The notes under the pieces are model-generated. The model did no database searches, was not told the DNA's origin, and worked only from the letters and a program-made list of their open reading frames with translations. Shown here piece after piece: positions 33,404-48,533 of a stretch of 64,000 bases of DNA. The position numbers were made by a program, and so were the translations under genes. The stretch spans positions 1,925,328 through 1,989,327 of the forward strand of contig ML992503.1 of NCBI GenBank assembly GCA_010093995.1. Direction: 5' to 3'. The first letter of the stretch is position 1, and each line of letters begins with the position of its first letter. The stretch comes from Elsinoe ampelina. Lineage: Eukaryota.

Positions 33404-35875
33404 TCACATCACGATGCATTTTTCTTCCCGTCCTCCATTAGCGACACTACCTGGTTGTTGCTGTTGATAGCCCGGTTGACCTGGTCCGTTCCAGCTTCCA
33501 AATCTGCTCTGTCTCCTACGACCGTAATTTGGTGCCAAGGTTGGTCCTTGTTGTCCACTCTGGGCCGTGAAAGCTGTTTGCTGTCGCTGTGCATCAAGAG
33601 CGTTGAGAGCATTGAGGGGATTGCCCTGTCTTGGAGGTCGAGGAGTGCTTCCAGCTTCACGATAAGGCATGTCACTGGCCGCCTGCTCGTAAGTAGGTGG
33701 AGGTGCTGCACCGTCCTCTGTGCGTGCTGAAGCCTGAATCGGTCCAGTGTAGTTACCTTGTTGAGTGCTACGTTGTGATCGTCTAGGAGGTATTGGCGGT
33801 CTTTGCTCATTATCCGATGACTGCCGATCAATGTATTGTCTTGAGAGCGAATCGTTGTGCGCATTCTGGCGATTTGCTGCCTCTCGCCGATGTGCTTCTT
33901 CCTCCTCTTCCTGTAGTTGTAGAGCAAGGGCTAAATCGAGATCCTCTTGCTCTGATTGAGACACGGGCTTAGGTAGTTCAGTGTGCGCGCCGGCGAAAGG
34001 CAGACCTTTACCTCCGTTATGTGGATTAGTGTTCCCCGTGGCCTTCTCAGCTGTGCCAGAGTTCTGTCTCGACGCAGATGGGGCCGCGCCAACCGGTCGA
34101 AAGTCACCAGAGAAGAATTCCGCTCTGGCTCCATTCACGTCGACCAGGCTTTCCCAGACGACCTCGTCGTGGGTGGCATATCCAGCATCCGTGACCAGAG
34201 CCATGAGAGTGCCTTTACTCGGTTCCTTGTACAGGGTGCAAAAGTGGTCGTTTCTGAAAAGGATCGCAAATTGACCCGGCTTCATCCATGACGACATTGT
34301 CCTCAATCCATGGTCGGAGATCTGTGTAGAGAATGTAGTCAAAAAGTCCTTGATGGTGGTCAGATCCTCAAAGACTTGTTGCTCTTCGGCATTGAGTCCA
34401 CCAGCTTGGAGCTTGTTCTCAAATTCCTCCTCCAGAAATTGCATGTTGAGAGCCTCGTCGAATGTCTTTGCGGATCTTTCGAAAGCCGTGTAGACTGCAG
34501 AATCGGTCGGTGCTGTCCATCCATGAACAAGAGGGATGTCAAAGGATCCGTAGAGCTTCATTTCTCGAGTCTGCTCAAAACTACCTGGCGCGGAAGGTCC
34601 AGCCGTGGTAAAGGCAGGGTTGACATTCATACCAGTGTGGAGAGTGATGAGGAATGAGTAGAGGTCGCCGATATCTGGTAGGTCATGTCCGGTTCTCTCG
34701 TTCCTCCGCACCAGCTCTTCAAATACTGCATCTAGCAGGAGACCAAGTGTGATTTGTTCTCGACTTTTCAACGTGTGCACTAGCGCCGTATCGTCGCCCT
34801 CTGGTGTGGAGAGTGATAGAGCATTTACCAAAGCCAGTAGCGGGCAGGGCCCGTTAGCATTCTGAGTGAGTATTGGTGATCTTCTCATCGCGCCTTTTCC
34901 CCTGGCTGAAGCATCAAACCAATTGATGTGCTTGATATGGTAATGCTCATTCCTTTGCCGTGTCGCCTGTGTCCGTGGAGTCTCCACTTCAGGTCTCGTT
35001 GCTGCGCTGGAAGCTGTGCCTGACAGGTCTAGTGGTGGTAAAGCCGATGCTTGGGGAATAGTAGCAGGCTCTTTGCCTTTCGGTGGTGGGCTCGGCGCTG
35101 CAACCAGTAATGAAGGCTCTGGCTCTTGTTTGACATCAGTCCTTCCCTTCTCTTGATCGAGGGCATCCTGCCACGGATTGGAAGACTGGGAGACCTGACT
35201 CGCGATGCTCTTGCCGGTTGCATTACTTTCCACGATCGGAGAGGCGAGAGGTATTGGAGGTGGTGGCTGCTGAGGAGCTGCGGCTGGGGTCGGGCGGGGG
35301 TTCAGTGACATGCTTGCCATTTCATGCTCGGGAGTCTTGACGGTGGGCAACTCGACAGGCTCGGATGGCGCATCTGGCGGAAGCGGTGCTGAAGGACTCG
35401 ACTGCCTATTGAGATACGGATTGTGAGAATTTAGCGGTGTCGCTTGCTGTTCCTGATAATGCGGCCAGACTGGAGTGCCGTTTGGCGCATTGCCATTTGG
35501 TACGCTCCCGTTCGGCGTCTTGGGTACTGCAGGTTTCAAAGATGCAGGAATGTCCTCTCTTGACAATTGCTGATCCGTCGACTTCCTTGGACCTGGGCGC
35601 AGCGCTTCCGGTAGCTGCTCATCATCTTGCTCTTGCTCGTCTGACCCATCGCTATTCCACGTGCCGTGCGACGATATGCTACTAGCCCTTGATCTCGAAC
35701 CTTCTCCATTGGGCGCCGAGGGACCTTTCGGCTGTACGTGTTCGAATGACGGCCTGCTCTCCGCAGCATCTATCGTGGGCATGGCCGAGTCGTGGGTGGG
35801 ATATGGTGGGTTATTGGCTGCCTGACGAAGCGGTGCGGGGACGACGTTTAGAGGTGATGGTATCCGGGTAACCAT
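33404..35875 (-). CDS. MINDY (DUF544) deubiquitinase with ubiquitin-binding motif and CaaX tail
   Basis: QNANGPCPLLAL (catalytic Cys), LVHGW, FRNDHF (catalytic His), LVTDAGY, EDLDLALALQLQEEE, terminal CIVM. Confidence 0.92.
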   Translation of the reverse strand: MVTRIPSPLNVVPAPLRQAANNPPYPTHDSAMPTIDAAESRPSFEHVQPKGPSAPNGEGSRSRASSISSHGTWNSDGSDEQEQDDEQLPEALRPGPRKSTDQQLSREDIPASLKPAVPKTPNGSVPNGNAPNGTPVWPHYQEQQATPLNSHNPYLNRQSSPSAPLPPDAPSEPVELPTVKTPEHEMASMSLNPRPTPAAAPQQPPPPIPLASPIVESNATGKSIASQVSQSSNPWQDALDQEKGRTDVKQEPEPSLLVAAPSPPPKGKEPATIPQASALPPLDLSGTASSAATRPEVETPRTQATRQRNEHYHIKHINWFDASARGKGAMRRSPILTQNANGPCPLLALVNALSLSTPEGDDTALVHTLKSREQITLGLLLDAVFEELVRRNERTGHDLPDIGDLYSFLITLHTGMNVNPAFTTAGPSAPGSFEQTREMKLYGSFDIPLVHGWTAPTDSAVYTAFERSAKTFDEALNMQFLEEEFENKLQAGGLNAEEQQVFEDLTTIKDFLTTFSTQISDHGLRTMSSWMKPGQFAILFRNDHFCTLYKEPSKGTLMALVTDAGYATHDEVVWESLVDVNGARAEFFSGDFRPVGAAPSASRQNSGTAEKATGNTNPHNGGKGLPFAGAHTELPKPVSQSEQEDLDLALALQLQEEEEEAHRREAANRQNAHNDSLSRQYIDRQSSDNEQRPPIPPRRSQRSTQQGNYTGPIQASARTEDGAAPPPTYEQAASDMPYREAGSTPRPPRQGNPLNALNALDAQRQQTAFTAQSGQQGPTLAPNYGRRRQSRFGSWNGPGQPGYQQQQPGSVANGGREEKCIVM

Positions 35876-36400
35876 GTTTGCGACTGGCGAGCGAGCAATG
35901 TAGTTGCAGAAGGCGGCGCTCTCCCCTTGCGTCTATGGTAGTCTGAGAACTTGAGAGAGCGCCGTTGGGGATGGTAGCAGATATATCGCTCAGAGGGCCC
36001 ACTATCTGCCGAAACGAGAGGCTATGGAGGGGAAGCGAGGCGGGCTGGTCTGCTTGGCACATACAAAGATGCGAGCGTGGGTGAAGGTGCGGAGGGAGCG
36101 TATATGAGGCGATCCAGAGTTGTGGAGGGTGGTTTGTCAAAGGTCGATCAGAAAAAGCGACTGCCTACGCGGCGACAGTTGGGATGAGCCGGAACAAGTT
36201 CCAAGCGAGCTCACATTCAAGATGGAATCGAGAAGGATGACGACGCAAGCAACCACATCCTGATGCACCGCCACACAGGCGGCAGCCACAGCTGGGATCG
36301 GCCTCCTTTGCAACGTCGGCCCGATATCGCCGAATCGGAGGTGATGGTAAAGTGATTTTATCCCGGATTTTATTGCCAACGCAATTGACACCCCACCATT

Positions 36401-37737
36401 ATGGCTTCCACCAAATTGCGTATACTGCTGGTCGGCAATGGTGGTCGCGAGCACTGTCTGGCCTGGAAGCTGGTTCAATCGCCCTTCGTCGAGCACATCT
36501 ATGCGTGTCCAGGCAATGGAGGCACGGCGGGGTAAGTGGGCATACAACACGGTAGGTACCTGTCTGACTTCTCTTCAGTCTGAAGAACGTGACGAATGTG
36601 ACGGATATCTCTGCCGATGACTTTGTAGCCCTCGTGACATTCGCGAAAGAGAACCAGATCAATTTTCTCATACCTGGACCTGAAGCACCTCTTGTCGCTG
36701 GTATAGTCGACCACTTTAGACAAAATGCGCCAGACATCAAGTCGTTTGGCCCGAGTAAGGCGGCGGCGAACCTCGAAGGCTCCAAGACATATTCCAAGAA
36801 CTTTATGAAAAAGTACAACATACCAACTGCGGCATACGAGAACTTTGACAGCTACGAAGAGGCGAAGAAGTATGTGGATTTGGTGGACCATGATATCGTC
36901 ATCAAAGCAGATGGGCTGGCAGCAGGCAAGGGAGTCATCATACCCAAGACCAAGGACGAGGCACATGCTGCGCTCAAAGAGATCATGCTAGACAAAGAGT
37001 TTGGCTCTGCTGGAAACAAGGTCGTCATCGAAGAGTTCCTGGCTGGAGAGGAATGCAGTATTCTCAGCTTCAGCGACGGGCAGACTTTCAAGAGTCTACC
37101 AGCGGCACAAGACCACAAGCAGATTGGCGACGGCGATACGGGTCCCATGACCGGCGGAATGGGCACGTATGCTCCTGCATGGATCGTCAAGGCCAAGGAG
37201 ATGGAAGAGATCGAGCGGACAGTGTTGAAGCCGACGCTCGAGGGTATGAGGAAAGAAGGCTTCCCATTCATCGGATGCCTGTTCACTGGGTTCATGATGA
37301 CAAAGAGAGGACCAAAAGTGCTGGAGTACAATGTTCGATTTGGTGATCCAGAAGCCCAATCACTTCTGCCATTACTAGAATCGGACCTCGCTCAAATCCT
37401 CCTGGCATGCACGACAGAGTCATTAGACCAGATCGACCTCAAAATCAGCCAATCATCAGCAGCGACCGTCATCCTAGCATCTGGCGGATATCCAGGATCC
37501 TACGATAAGGGTGTCGAGATGCACGTCAAAGACGCACCACAAGACGTAATATTCTTCCACGCAGGCACAACACTGTCCGGCTCCATTCTGAAGACAAGCG
37601 GCGGTCGTGTCATCGCCAGCACCGGCGTCGCCTCCAACCTCGGCGACGCCATCGCAAAAGCATACGAAGGCGTGGAGTTTATCGACTTCAAGGGCAAGAC
37701 ATATCGGAAAGACATTGGACAGAAAGCATTTCGATGA
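36401..37737 (+). CDS. ADE5: Stand-alone phosphoribosylamine-glycine ligase (GAR synthetase, PurD/Ade5 half only), 429 aa
   Basis: [15 protein letters not shown]|, [39 protein letters not shown]; ends [14 protein letters not shown]. Intron 36532-36578. Confidence 0.95.
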
Positions 37738-37849
37738 AGGCCAGTCCAAATGGGACCAACAAAAGCTTTTTGCCATTTTCAATGAATCATCTGCCACGCA
37801 GACACGAATAGAAATATGTACAACTCCCTTTCCCTTTTACCCTCATCCC

Positions 37850-38709
37850 CTACAAACAACTCCCTGGCAGCGTCGCATTCTTGATAAACCCCTTCAACGG
37901 GCTACTCCCACAGCTCAAACCCTTAACAAACGCCTTGGCAACCACATCCGCCCCAGCGGGACTCGTATGCGTGTGCTCCTTCGGGAAGTAGCTGTTCACC
38001 GTAGCGACGGGCAACTTCCTGTACGCCTGCGCCGTGTAGTTGCCGTGGTCGACGTAGACGTTCTTCGTCCGGTCCGCGGCGAGTTTCATGTACCCCACGA
38101 AGCGGCTGGGGGTGTAGCTGAAGCTGCCCGTCTCGTCTGGGTTGTTGGGGGTTTGGCTGGAGAGGATGACGGTGACGCCCTTTGCCGTGAGATTCTTTGC
38201 AGCGGCTTCAATCACGGCATTGAACGTGTATACAGTCTGAGAACATTAAATGCCGTTATCGAAAAGGTGGACCGAGATTCTTACCTCAGCAACGCCGTTG
38301 TAGGTGGTCTTGCAGGTCTCTGCGCCTGTGCCTGGGCAGTTGGAGCGGCCGTTGTCGGTGGGGGTGAGGGAGCCGCCGTCATTGTGGCCGAGCTCGATGA
38401 TGGCGTAGTCGCCCTTCTTGACGAGTTTGAGGAGCTCAATGAAGCGGCCTTCGCGGTTGTAGGAGCGCGCGGAGCGGCCGGCGACTCCGCGGTTGACGAC
38501 GGGGATGGAGAGGGAGTAGCCTAGGTATTGGCCCCAGCCTAGGAGGGAGGTTAGACGGTGAAGGGGGACATGGAAAAGCGGTGTTATGTACCATCTGACC
38601 AGCCTGCACCGCCACCGTTCTTGGCCATGGTCGAGTCGCCGACTGTGTAGACTGTAGGAGCCGCGAGAGTTGTAGCCGCAAGGGCAAGGAACGAAGTGAT
38701 GGCCAGCAT
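37850..38709 (-). CDS. Secreted rhamnogalacturonan acetylesterase (CE12, SGNH hydrolase), 3 exons
   Basis: Signal peptide, VGDSTMA, GWGQYL, AGRSARSY, ELGHNDGG, FPKEHTHTSPAGA. Confidence 0.92.
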
Positions 38710-39255
38710 CTCGACAGTGATTTACGCAACAGACGAAGACGGAAGAGAAAGATATTGACAGCGAGAAGATGAAGAAACAGATCTGAAACGCAGTCGGACA
38801 GGCGTTGGGTAGCACTTATACAGACCAGACATCAAGTGGGCTACGATTCATTCACGCATATATCCATGTCGCTTATCCTGATTGATGGAAACAGATCAAG
38901 ACGACAGAAACACAACCCACTGGCCCCTTCGGACCTGGGCGTGTCCCTCAAATGTCGATCTTTGGTTGTAGGGTCGGAGGTGCAATTTGCGGACTGTGGT
39001 CGGGCGAAAGGGGGCTTGTTTGAGCTTGTTCGGGAAGCTTGCTTGACTTTGCGTCTATTCGTCTGACTCTCAGGGTTTCTCCCGGCGCAGCATTGTAATC
39101 CGAGGCAGATCCAGCGGCAACTCGCTGTTTGTTTGTCCGTGATGGTTTTGGTAGAAGCAAATGTGGTGCAAAGATCATGCGAACGTGTGGAGAGAATCGC
39201 GGAGAAGCATGACGAATTAGGCAGGCCATCGCGGTCTGTATGTGATGATCATTTA

Positions 39256-40165
39256 CTATACTTTATTCTGTTCATCTCGTGACTTGTTCCATGCAATACA
39301 GTCTTCGAATGTCACTCCGTTGCCTCCGAAAATGTCCAGGGCACTCCCGATGGTTAGATCCACCTTGCCCTTACTCAGTGTCTCGACCAAGTCAAGGTCT
39401 TGCAAATTGCGACCTCCACCGGCATACGTGACAGGTATGCTGCACCACGTTGCCAGCTTCTCAACTAATTCGCGGTCTATACCCTGCTGGAGTCCCTCAT
39501 TGTCTGCTGCGTGGATAAGAAACTCGGAGCAGGATGGCTCGAGCAGCTTGACACTGTCTTTGTCACCGTCAATTAATCGTCCATGGACATCGTCCACAAA
39601 GGCCTACCTTGATTGAGCTCCATGTCTGTGATCGTTTGCCATTTATTCATGGCTACCCACCAGCTGTCGCCTCTTCGTCGACAACTGAGGTCAATGACTA
39701 ACTTCTCCTTGTCACCATTTAATGCCCTCAACACTGCCTCCAGCCTTTCTAGTGAGAATTTGCCGTCGGGGAAGAGGTACGAAGTTATAATGACCTACCT
39801 CGATCAGCTTGACTGACCATAGCACAATCGCCGCCGTCAGCGCGACGGTGGTGCTCTAAACCTACCCTCTCTGCGCCGTTTTCAATCCACTTGGCAGCAT
39901 TGCTTTCATTGATGCCACCGCCGACTTGTAGACCATTCGGCCAGGCTTGACATGCTTCTGTGGCAGCCGCATCGTTGCCCGGCCCCAGCATGATTACATG
40001 TGATCCACGAAGGGAATGCTGCTTATACAGTGAAGCATAATGACCGGCTGGCAGTTTCGAGACATAATTTGTCTTCAGGTCTGAGTCCGTGGTCGTGAGT
40101 GTACCACCCACGATCTGCTTGACCGAACCAGCATGTAGATCGATGCAAGGTCGAAAGCGGGTCAT
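39256..40165 (-). CDS. HIS6: ProFAR isomerase (histidine biosynthesis), 3 exons
   Basis: [64 protein letters not shown]. Confidence 0.95.
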
Positions 40166-40345
40166 CTTATCCTTCTCCGGACCTGGGATAAATCGAAGCA
40201 GACGTGAGAGGGTAACATTTGCGAAGGCCAGAGTCGAGAGAAAATCATCAATGCTGCGCCACAGGAGAGCCACTTCACCGGGACTGCGCCACATTTCGAG
40301 GAAAAGTCCCCGCCAGCTTCTTCGCGCTCTTCTGATCACAGAAGA

Positions 40346-41266
40346 ATGTCAATCACGACTACTCTCGGCAAGAGGAAGCGCAGTGCTCCCAAAGTCTCGG
40401 TGAGCTCCAAGCGAGCATTGCCATCCCCCGAAAAGCCAGAACAGCAGGACAGGAGCTCCTCAGAGAAGGACCAGCAAGATGAAGAGCAAGAAGACATAAC
40501 AGCCATTTTCCGGCGTGCCTTTGAGGCCAAATTTGCACCCCTCGACCCAGCCCTCCAATTGCCTGCGCAGCAGGAAAAAGACGAATCCGACTCGCTCCCC
40601 TCCGAAGACGATGCCTCCTGGTCAGGCTTCTCCCGCGACTCCTCGCCCGAGGAGATCACAGCTCCAGACCTCCCCAGCACCACTCCCCTGACAGGACGAG
40701 AAAAGCGCGCATTCATGTCCTCGCGCCTACCCACGTCCTCCGACGCTGCGCCCTCTTCGACCTCGCAAAAGAACAAAAAGCCCACTCCCTCTGACCCCGA
40801 CGAAGAATCATCTGAAAAGCTCAATCTAGCCAACGACCTCGCTCTCCAACGCCTGCTCAAAGAATCCCACCTTCTGTCTTCGCCGTCCAGCTCCGCTTTG
40901 TCGGGCAAAACTCGGCTCAAAGCCCTCGAGCTCCGCATGGCAGATCTGGGAGCCAAGACGTCGGTATTGGCGCAGAAGGACATGCCGCTGTCCCATCGTA
41001 AAGGGATAGAGCGGAAAAAGAGGTTGCGGGAGGAGGAGAGGAGGAGGGAGGCGAAGGAGAACGGGATTGTGTTGGAGAGGGAGAAGAGGGCGGATAAGGG
41101 CAAGGAGAGGGGGAGGAGAGACAGAGGTGTTGATGCGCCTGGAGTGGGGAGGTTTGAGGGAGGGGTGTTGAGGTTGAGTCGTGGGGATGTGGAGGGTATA
41201 CAGGGGAGGGGTGGGAGAGGTGGTAGAAGTGCAAGAGGGAGGGGCAGGGGCAGGGGAAGGAGGTGA
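40346..41266 (+). CDS. FAF1: Faf1-like (DUF4602) pre-rRNA processing protein
   Basis: IFRRAFEAKFAPL, NLANDLALQRLLKESHLL, MPLSHRKGI, EAKENGIVL, VGRFEGGVLRLSRGDV. Confidence 0.8.
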   Translation: MSITTTLGKRKRSAPKVSVSSKRALPSPEKPEQQDRSSSEKDQQDEEQEDITAIFRRAFEAKFAPLDPALQLPAQQEKDESDSLPSEDDASWSGFSRDSSPEEITAPDLPSTTPLTGREKRAFMSSRLPTSSDAAPSSTSQKNKKPTPSDPDEESSEKLNLANDLALQRLLKESHLLSSPSSSALSGKTRLKALELRMADLGAKTSVLAQKDMPLSHRKGIERKKRLREEERRREAKENGIVLEREKRADKGKERGRRDRGVDAPGVGRFEGGVLRLSRGDVEGIQGRGGRGGRSARGRGRGRGRR

Positions 41267-43769
41267 TTGTTGGTACGGCGATCACGTTCTTGCTGGCTGC
41301 GCTGCATTTTGATATGAACCTGGACTTGCGTTCCTGGAAGGACTCGTGGCTGTCTTGCTCTCTCGCAGCAGAGAAAGTTGTCAACAAGGGCAAATCGCAT
41401 GCTTGAGCTCTACCTCAAGCAGAGGTTAACAGCCATGTGCGATACCAAGGTTAATCAAGGGTCCACCTGACCTCAAACAACCGAGCGACGTTTGACTTGG
41501 CAGATCCACGACTTTGCCATAGCATCACTAGGCACATCATGTCGAAGCTCTTCATTGACTCCGGGAGAGGACATGCCGTACCGCATAGCTGAAAGATGTC
41601 ATTGCGGCACAATGGAACAGGACAGGGCACAGTGCACTTTACGCCATGGTGAGCAAAGGGCTCTCGTGTTTCAGGATACGAAGAATAGGAGCAAGTAGGG
41701 TGCAGCTGTGGCTGGCGCTCTGGGTGGCTACAGCCATGCGGCTCGTGCGTGGATGCCAGATCGTGAAATACACATGCGATTGACTTTTCACGGGGGTCTT
41801 GGAGGACAGACCATGTGTACTCTTGTGCATGTACCGCGCGAAGGAAGGCGGGTACGTGACTTGCGGTGCAGAATCTACCCCTTTTTCTACTGTGCAGTCC
41901 AGTGAAGGCGTGGGATGACGGCGTGCTGGCATTTGAAAGACGGTTGAAGTGGGAGATTACCATGTCTCAATCGATTCGTTCTTGAGCCATGCGCGGAGGG
42001 CGAGACCGAGCAAGTCGGCACGGCGGGCGGAAAGAGCCTCTGATCACCTCTGATCACCACATGGGTGCCATGGACGTGGAATCGCGGACGAACAGAGATT
42101 TTCGTTGCTTGTCCAGTACGGACGATCTCCTTCAACGCAGAAGCAAGAGAGGACCAATGACGAACGGCGGATGGGTCGACGGTTCGGTGGGTCGAGACAA
42201 GCGACGATATGTTTCAGAAAACAGCCAAAAAGTGTACCTGCATTGGGGAAGTGTCTGTGCGTTTTGAGAGCTTCTGCCATCATCAAGAGCACGGGTCGGC
42301 GCACCTTTGAGGCGAAGAGGGAAAGAACAGGTTGAGCATTCGTGTCTTGCTGGTGGTCTTCAAGCTAGGGAAATCATATCGATGCAAAGACCATCAGAAG
42401 CTATAGCGGACTATGCTCCGTCGTGGTTAGTTGAGTGGGAGTTGAGTGGAGAACGGGACCACCTCGGTCAGCTTCCAGGACAAGCTCTTCCCATTTACCA
42501 GCCATTGAATTTGCGAACGCCCTCTCGCAAGCCCTGGACAGAAAGTCGAGGCGCGCATGTCTCGCCTTACTGGACGTTTTTTTGATGTAATGGATGGATG
42601 CTTTACTGGTTGTCGGCGTGGGGCATTCGATAGCGAATGCAAATACGTTCTGGACATTGTGACTGCTGTGCTGTGCACGAGCGTGTGTACCTGCATGATG
42701 CGTGTTTCCAAATATACTAGCTTATAGCGTGCGGGATGAGATGAAGAATCAAGCACCTTGCTTACGCACACGGGCGGCAGGGACTCGGCTCGGAGGGAAG
42801 CTGTTCCCATTGAACGATTAATGGACAGAGATGAACGAACAATATTCGACGTTGGACATTCGCCGTTGTAACTCATGCACGTGTACAGATATCTGTCTGC
42901 CGGCCACTATCCGTGCTCTGCCTGTCAAATCTCCAACGGCGTGATCATTAATGACAAGGTCAATGACATGGGCGCTTCGAGGACAAATAATCCCATCAAC
43001 AATCCACAGCATCACTGGCGGCGGCTAGCCCAAAGTCTGCTCTGAATGCTCCCCAATACTCTGGCTGGTGCTCCCAAAAACAAGGACGAGGGAACCCTTC
43101 CCGGCGGCTACTTTTCGCTGTAGAGGTCCAAATCCATCTGAAACCACACTAGGCGGGCGCACAGACGTGCCGCTAACTGTCTCTGGCGCTGAGACTCTTC
43201 CTTCTCAGGCTTTCTCCCCTCAAAACTCTCAAAACTCTTAAGCCCGCCCTCGACCTTGCGTTTCAGCCTGTAACTCTTTCCCTCACCATCCCCTCAGATT
43301 TGCTCACCTCTTTCTTTTCCCACTGCACAGAGCCATAGCCATTGCGGAAGGTCAACTCGACTTGCATTGACCCTGTGCTGCATCGCCTTCGTCCAGAATA
43401 CGGTCATTCACACATAGCAAATAGTCGGGCTCGCTCCTCGTCCCAATTGCTTTGCTTTTTTCTCTTCTCTCCTCCCTATCCCCAACCCCCCCGCGCGACC
43501 GAGGCTGGTCCTCTTCCTTCAACATCTTCAGGCGACTTTCTTCGACATCATCGCATCTACCCCTCGGCGCATTGGTCGTCGACAGTATCGCCAACCCACA
43601 CTCGCTTGAACATCTTCTCTTGTAACGCGATCGTGACCGCAGGCAGTCGCATCGCATCGGGTTCTGCTCTTTAATACTCCGGCCGCGTGTTTGAGTCGTG
43701 TTACATCGGCCTCGAAACATCTCCACGTCGCGCATCACTTCAGGATATTCTTCGCCAATCGTTGCAATC

Positions 43770-46021
<2,252 letters not shown>

Positions 46022-46609
46022 AAGCGGGAAACATTAGGCACAGGATATGAAAGGTCACGATCACGCGAGACGCATCTCCTTTTTGTTCATCGAGAGGTTG
46101 AGATTTAGAGCATATATTCCTTTGTGGGATGGATGAGACGTGTGAGGGACATGTTGAAAGATTTGAAACTGCCAGCCACATTCGAGGGATTCCTTCTTGT
46201 ACTACTACTATAACGCAGATGGGACCGTGGGGTCCGAGGAATATGAAAAGTGAGCACTGAAACCACTCCTCTTCAAGCATGTGATTCTTTCGTATCCATT
46301 CCGGAGGACATCACGCTTCTTGGTCAAGCACTGAAACAGATCATGACCGACCATTCATTCCCATAAGCTATACACATCGGACCTGATCCTGACTTGTTTT
46401 CCCATTGATTGAATTTTCTGTGTTTTCTTTCCTGATCCCGAAAATTTCACCCCGAAATAAGTACAAGCTCCCGAGGAACAGTCCCGAGGAACCCTGCACG
46501 ATGGAAAGGAACAAACATGCACTCTTCACTGCCTCTCGCTAGTCCAACTCTCCATTTCCTTCCCTCTTCCCTATTCCCCTCAACCCCTCATCACCTTCGA
46601 ATGTGAGAT

Positions 46610-48533
46610 CTAAACATAAACAGTCTGCCACACAACCTCGCAGGCAGCGACACTGCTCACACCCCCCGTCGGCCCCGCGGTCGGTCCAGCAGTAGGGTAG
46701 ACACCCGTCGGTCCAACCGGTCCTCCCGTCGGGACGTTCACTGGCGCCGAAGCAGTGGTTGATGTGCTGGGGTTGAAGGGCGGGGTGTCGTAGCCTGTGG
46801 GGGTGGGCTCGCTGCCGGCGGTGGGGACGGGTTCGTAGGTCGGTTCCGCGGTGGAGGACGAGGGGACAGGGTCGGCGGTTGAGGCGGGAGGGGCGGGGGC
46901 TTCGACCGAAGTTGGCGCTGGGGCGGGGGCCTCGACGGATGTGGGGGCGGGGGCGGGGGCGGGGGCGGGAGTGGTGGATGCTGCTGCCGACGAGGATGGG
47001 GCCGGGGCAGGGGCGGCGGAGGACGAGGGCGCTGGGGCGGGAGCGGAGCCGCCTTCGCCGTTGGTCATGCAGGCGAAGGACAGGGCCTTGACGGTCGTGT
47101 CGGCGTTGCCGCTGTAGCCGCCTACGGGGTTGTTGAGTTGCCACTTCATGTCGACGTAGGGCCAGCAGATGCGGCCGTCGGGGAAGGTGACTTGGTCGCC
47201 CGAGACGAAGACTTGGGAGGTGATGGGGGCGCCGGACTTGGCGCCTGCGGTGACGAGTTGGTAGCGGGTGCCCGTGTAGTCGCCGTGGCAGTCCATGGCG
47301 TCGTCAGTGCAGGAGGGGCTGTCGATTTGGTCCCATGAGATCAGGGCCGAGGTGCCGTCGAAGGTGGCGACTCGCGCGTTGGAGGCGTCGGCGGGGGAGT
47401 CGGAGACCCAGTTGATTTGGGCGTCGCCGTTGGTCGCTCCCACGGTAGAGATGGCCTGTGGTCCGATGAGGGTGGACTTATCGCTGAAGCGGGCGATGGC
47501 GACGCGGCGGTTCTCGGTGCGGTTGTTGGCTTTGGTGAAGCCGTTGCCGCGCCAGGTATCCTGGGTAAGAAGGGAGGCACCGCGGGAGACCCAGGCGAGG
47601 ATGTATTCGCCAGAACCTTGGTAGCGGGCAAGAGAGCTGTAAGAACCAGACATGCCTCCAAAAGGCTCGCCAGAGGCACCGTTGATGGTGTGCTCGTTGG
47701 AAACCTTGACACCGTTCATGCCCTTGCCGCCAGTGTTGAGCCAGATTGCACCCTGATCTTCGGCGCAAGCTGAAGCAAAGGGAGCAGCATCGGCGGCTTC
47801 GAGGGCAATACCGGTGTTGTGAGAGCAGCCCCAACCATTGGCGCCTGCAGCATTCTTCTGGACCTTGCCGTCATTGTTGATGTACTGGATGGAATCGCCA
47901 AAATGGCCGGCGGCCCAGCCAGCGTAATCTGTCACGACAATGTATGCACCGTAGAGACCGGCAGCTTCCGAGTAGACGAGATCACCGTTGATATCAGGAG
48001 ACATAGACTTGGCACCATCGTCCTGGTTGATGTCTGCGTTGTTACCACCGAGAGCAGCCTTCCAGGTGCGCTGCCCATTCGTGTAGCGGTAGACATTGGC
48101 CACAGGGGTGCCTGATGGTGCCTCTGGAGCGGCTTCGTTGGCCAAGAGGGCAAAGCCGTCGTTATGTGCGACGAGACCTCCAGCCTCCTTTGTACCAGTA
48201 ACGGTGACTGGGGTGCCTACTCCGGCAAAGGTAGTCGGGTCGACCTGCTGAACATGGACATCAGTGCCGCTGCTTGGGAGGTAGGCTACAAATGCTTTGG
48301 TTCCATCTGGGGAGAGCTTGACAGGGGTCAGTGTTTAGCCTGTTGTCGGCATTCGACGTTCTTACAGCGAACGGGGTACGCCTGTGCTTGGGACGATTCG
48401 TCCAGTATGCTCCCTTGACAGGGTTGAAATCCACATCCAAAGCCAAGGAGTTGGGATAGGTCTTGAGGGAACTGTCGCTCAGCGCAGCGAGCGAACCAGC
48501 TGCAAGAGACAGCAGAAATGGAAGAGACAGCAT
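46610..48533 (-). CDS. Secreted protein of unknown function with Pro/Ala/Thr-rich C-terminal stalk, 2 exons
   Basis: Signal peptide MLSLPFLLSLAAGSLA; ~480-aa G/W/C-containing domain (GWGCSHNTG, CAEDQG, ICWPYV); then APAPAP/TSVE repeats and terminal CEVVWQTVYV. Confidence 0.85.

Noticed and set aside
41667..42216. TGTTTCA pheromone-response-like sites upstream of STE12
   Set aside because: Only two, 1.5-2 kb from the ATG, and the heptamer also occurs elsewhere (e.g. near 21124 and 21163); not distinguishable from chance.
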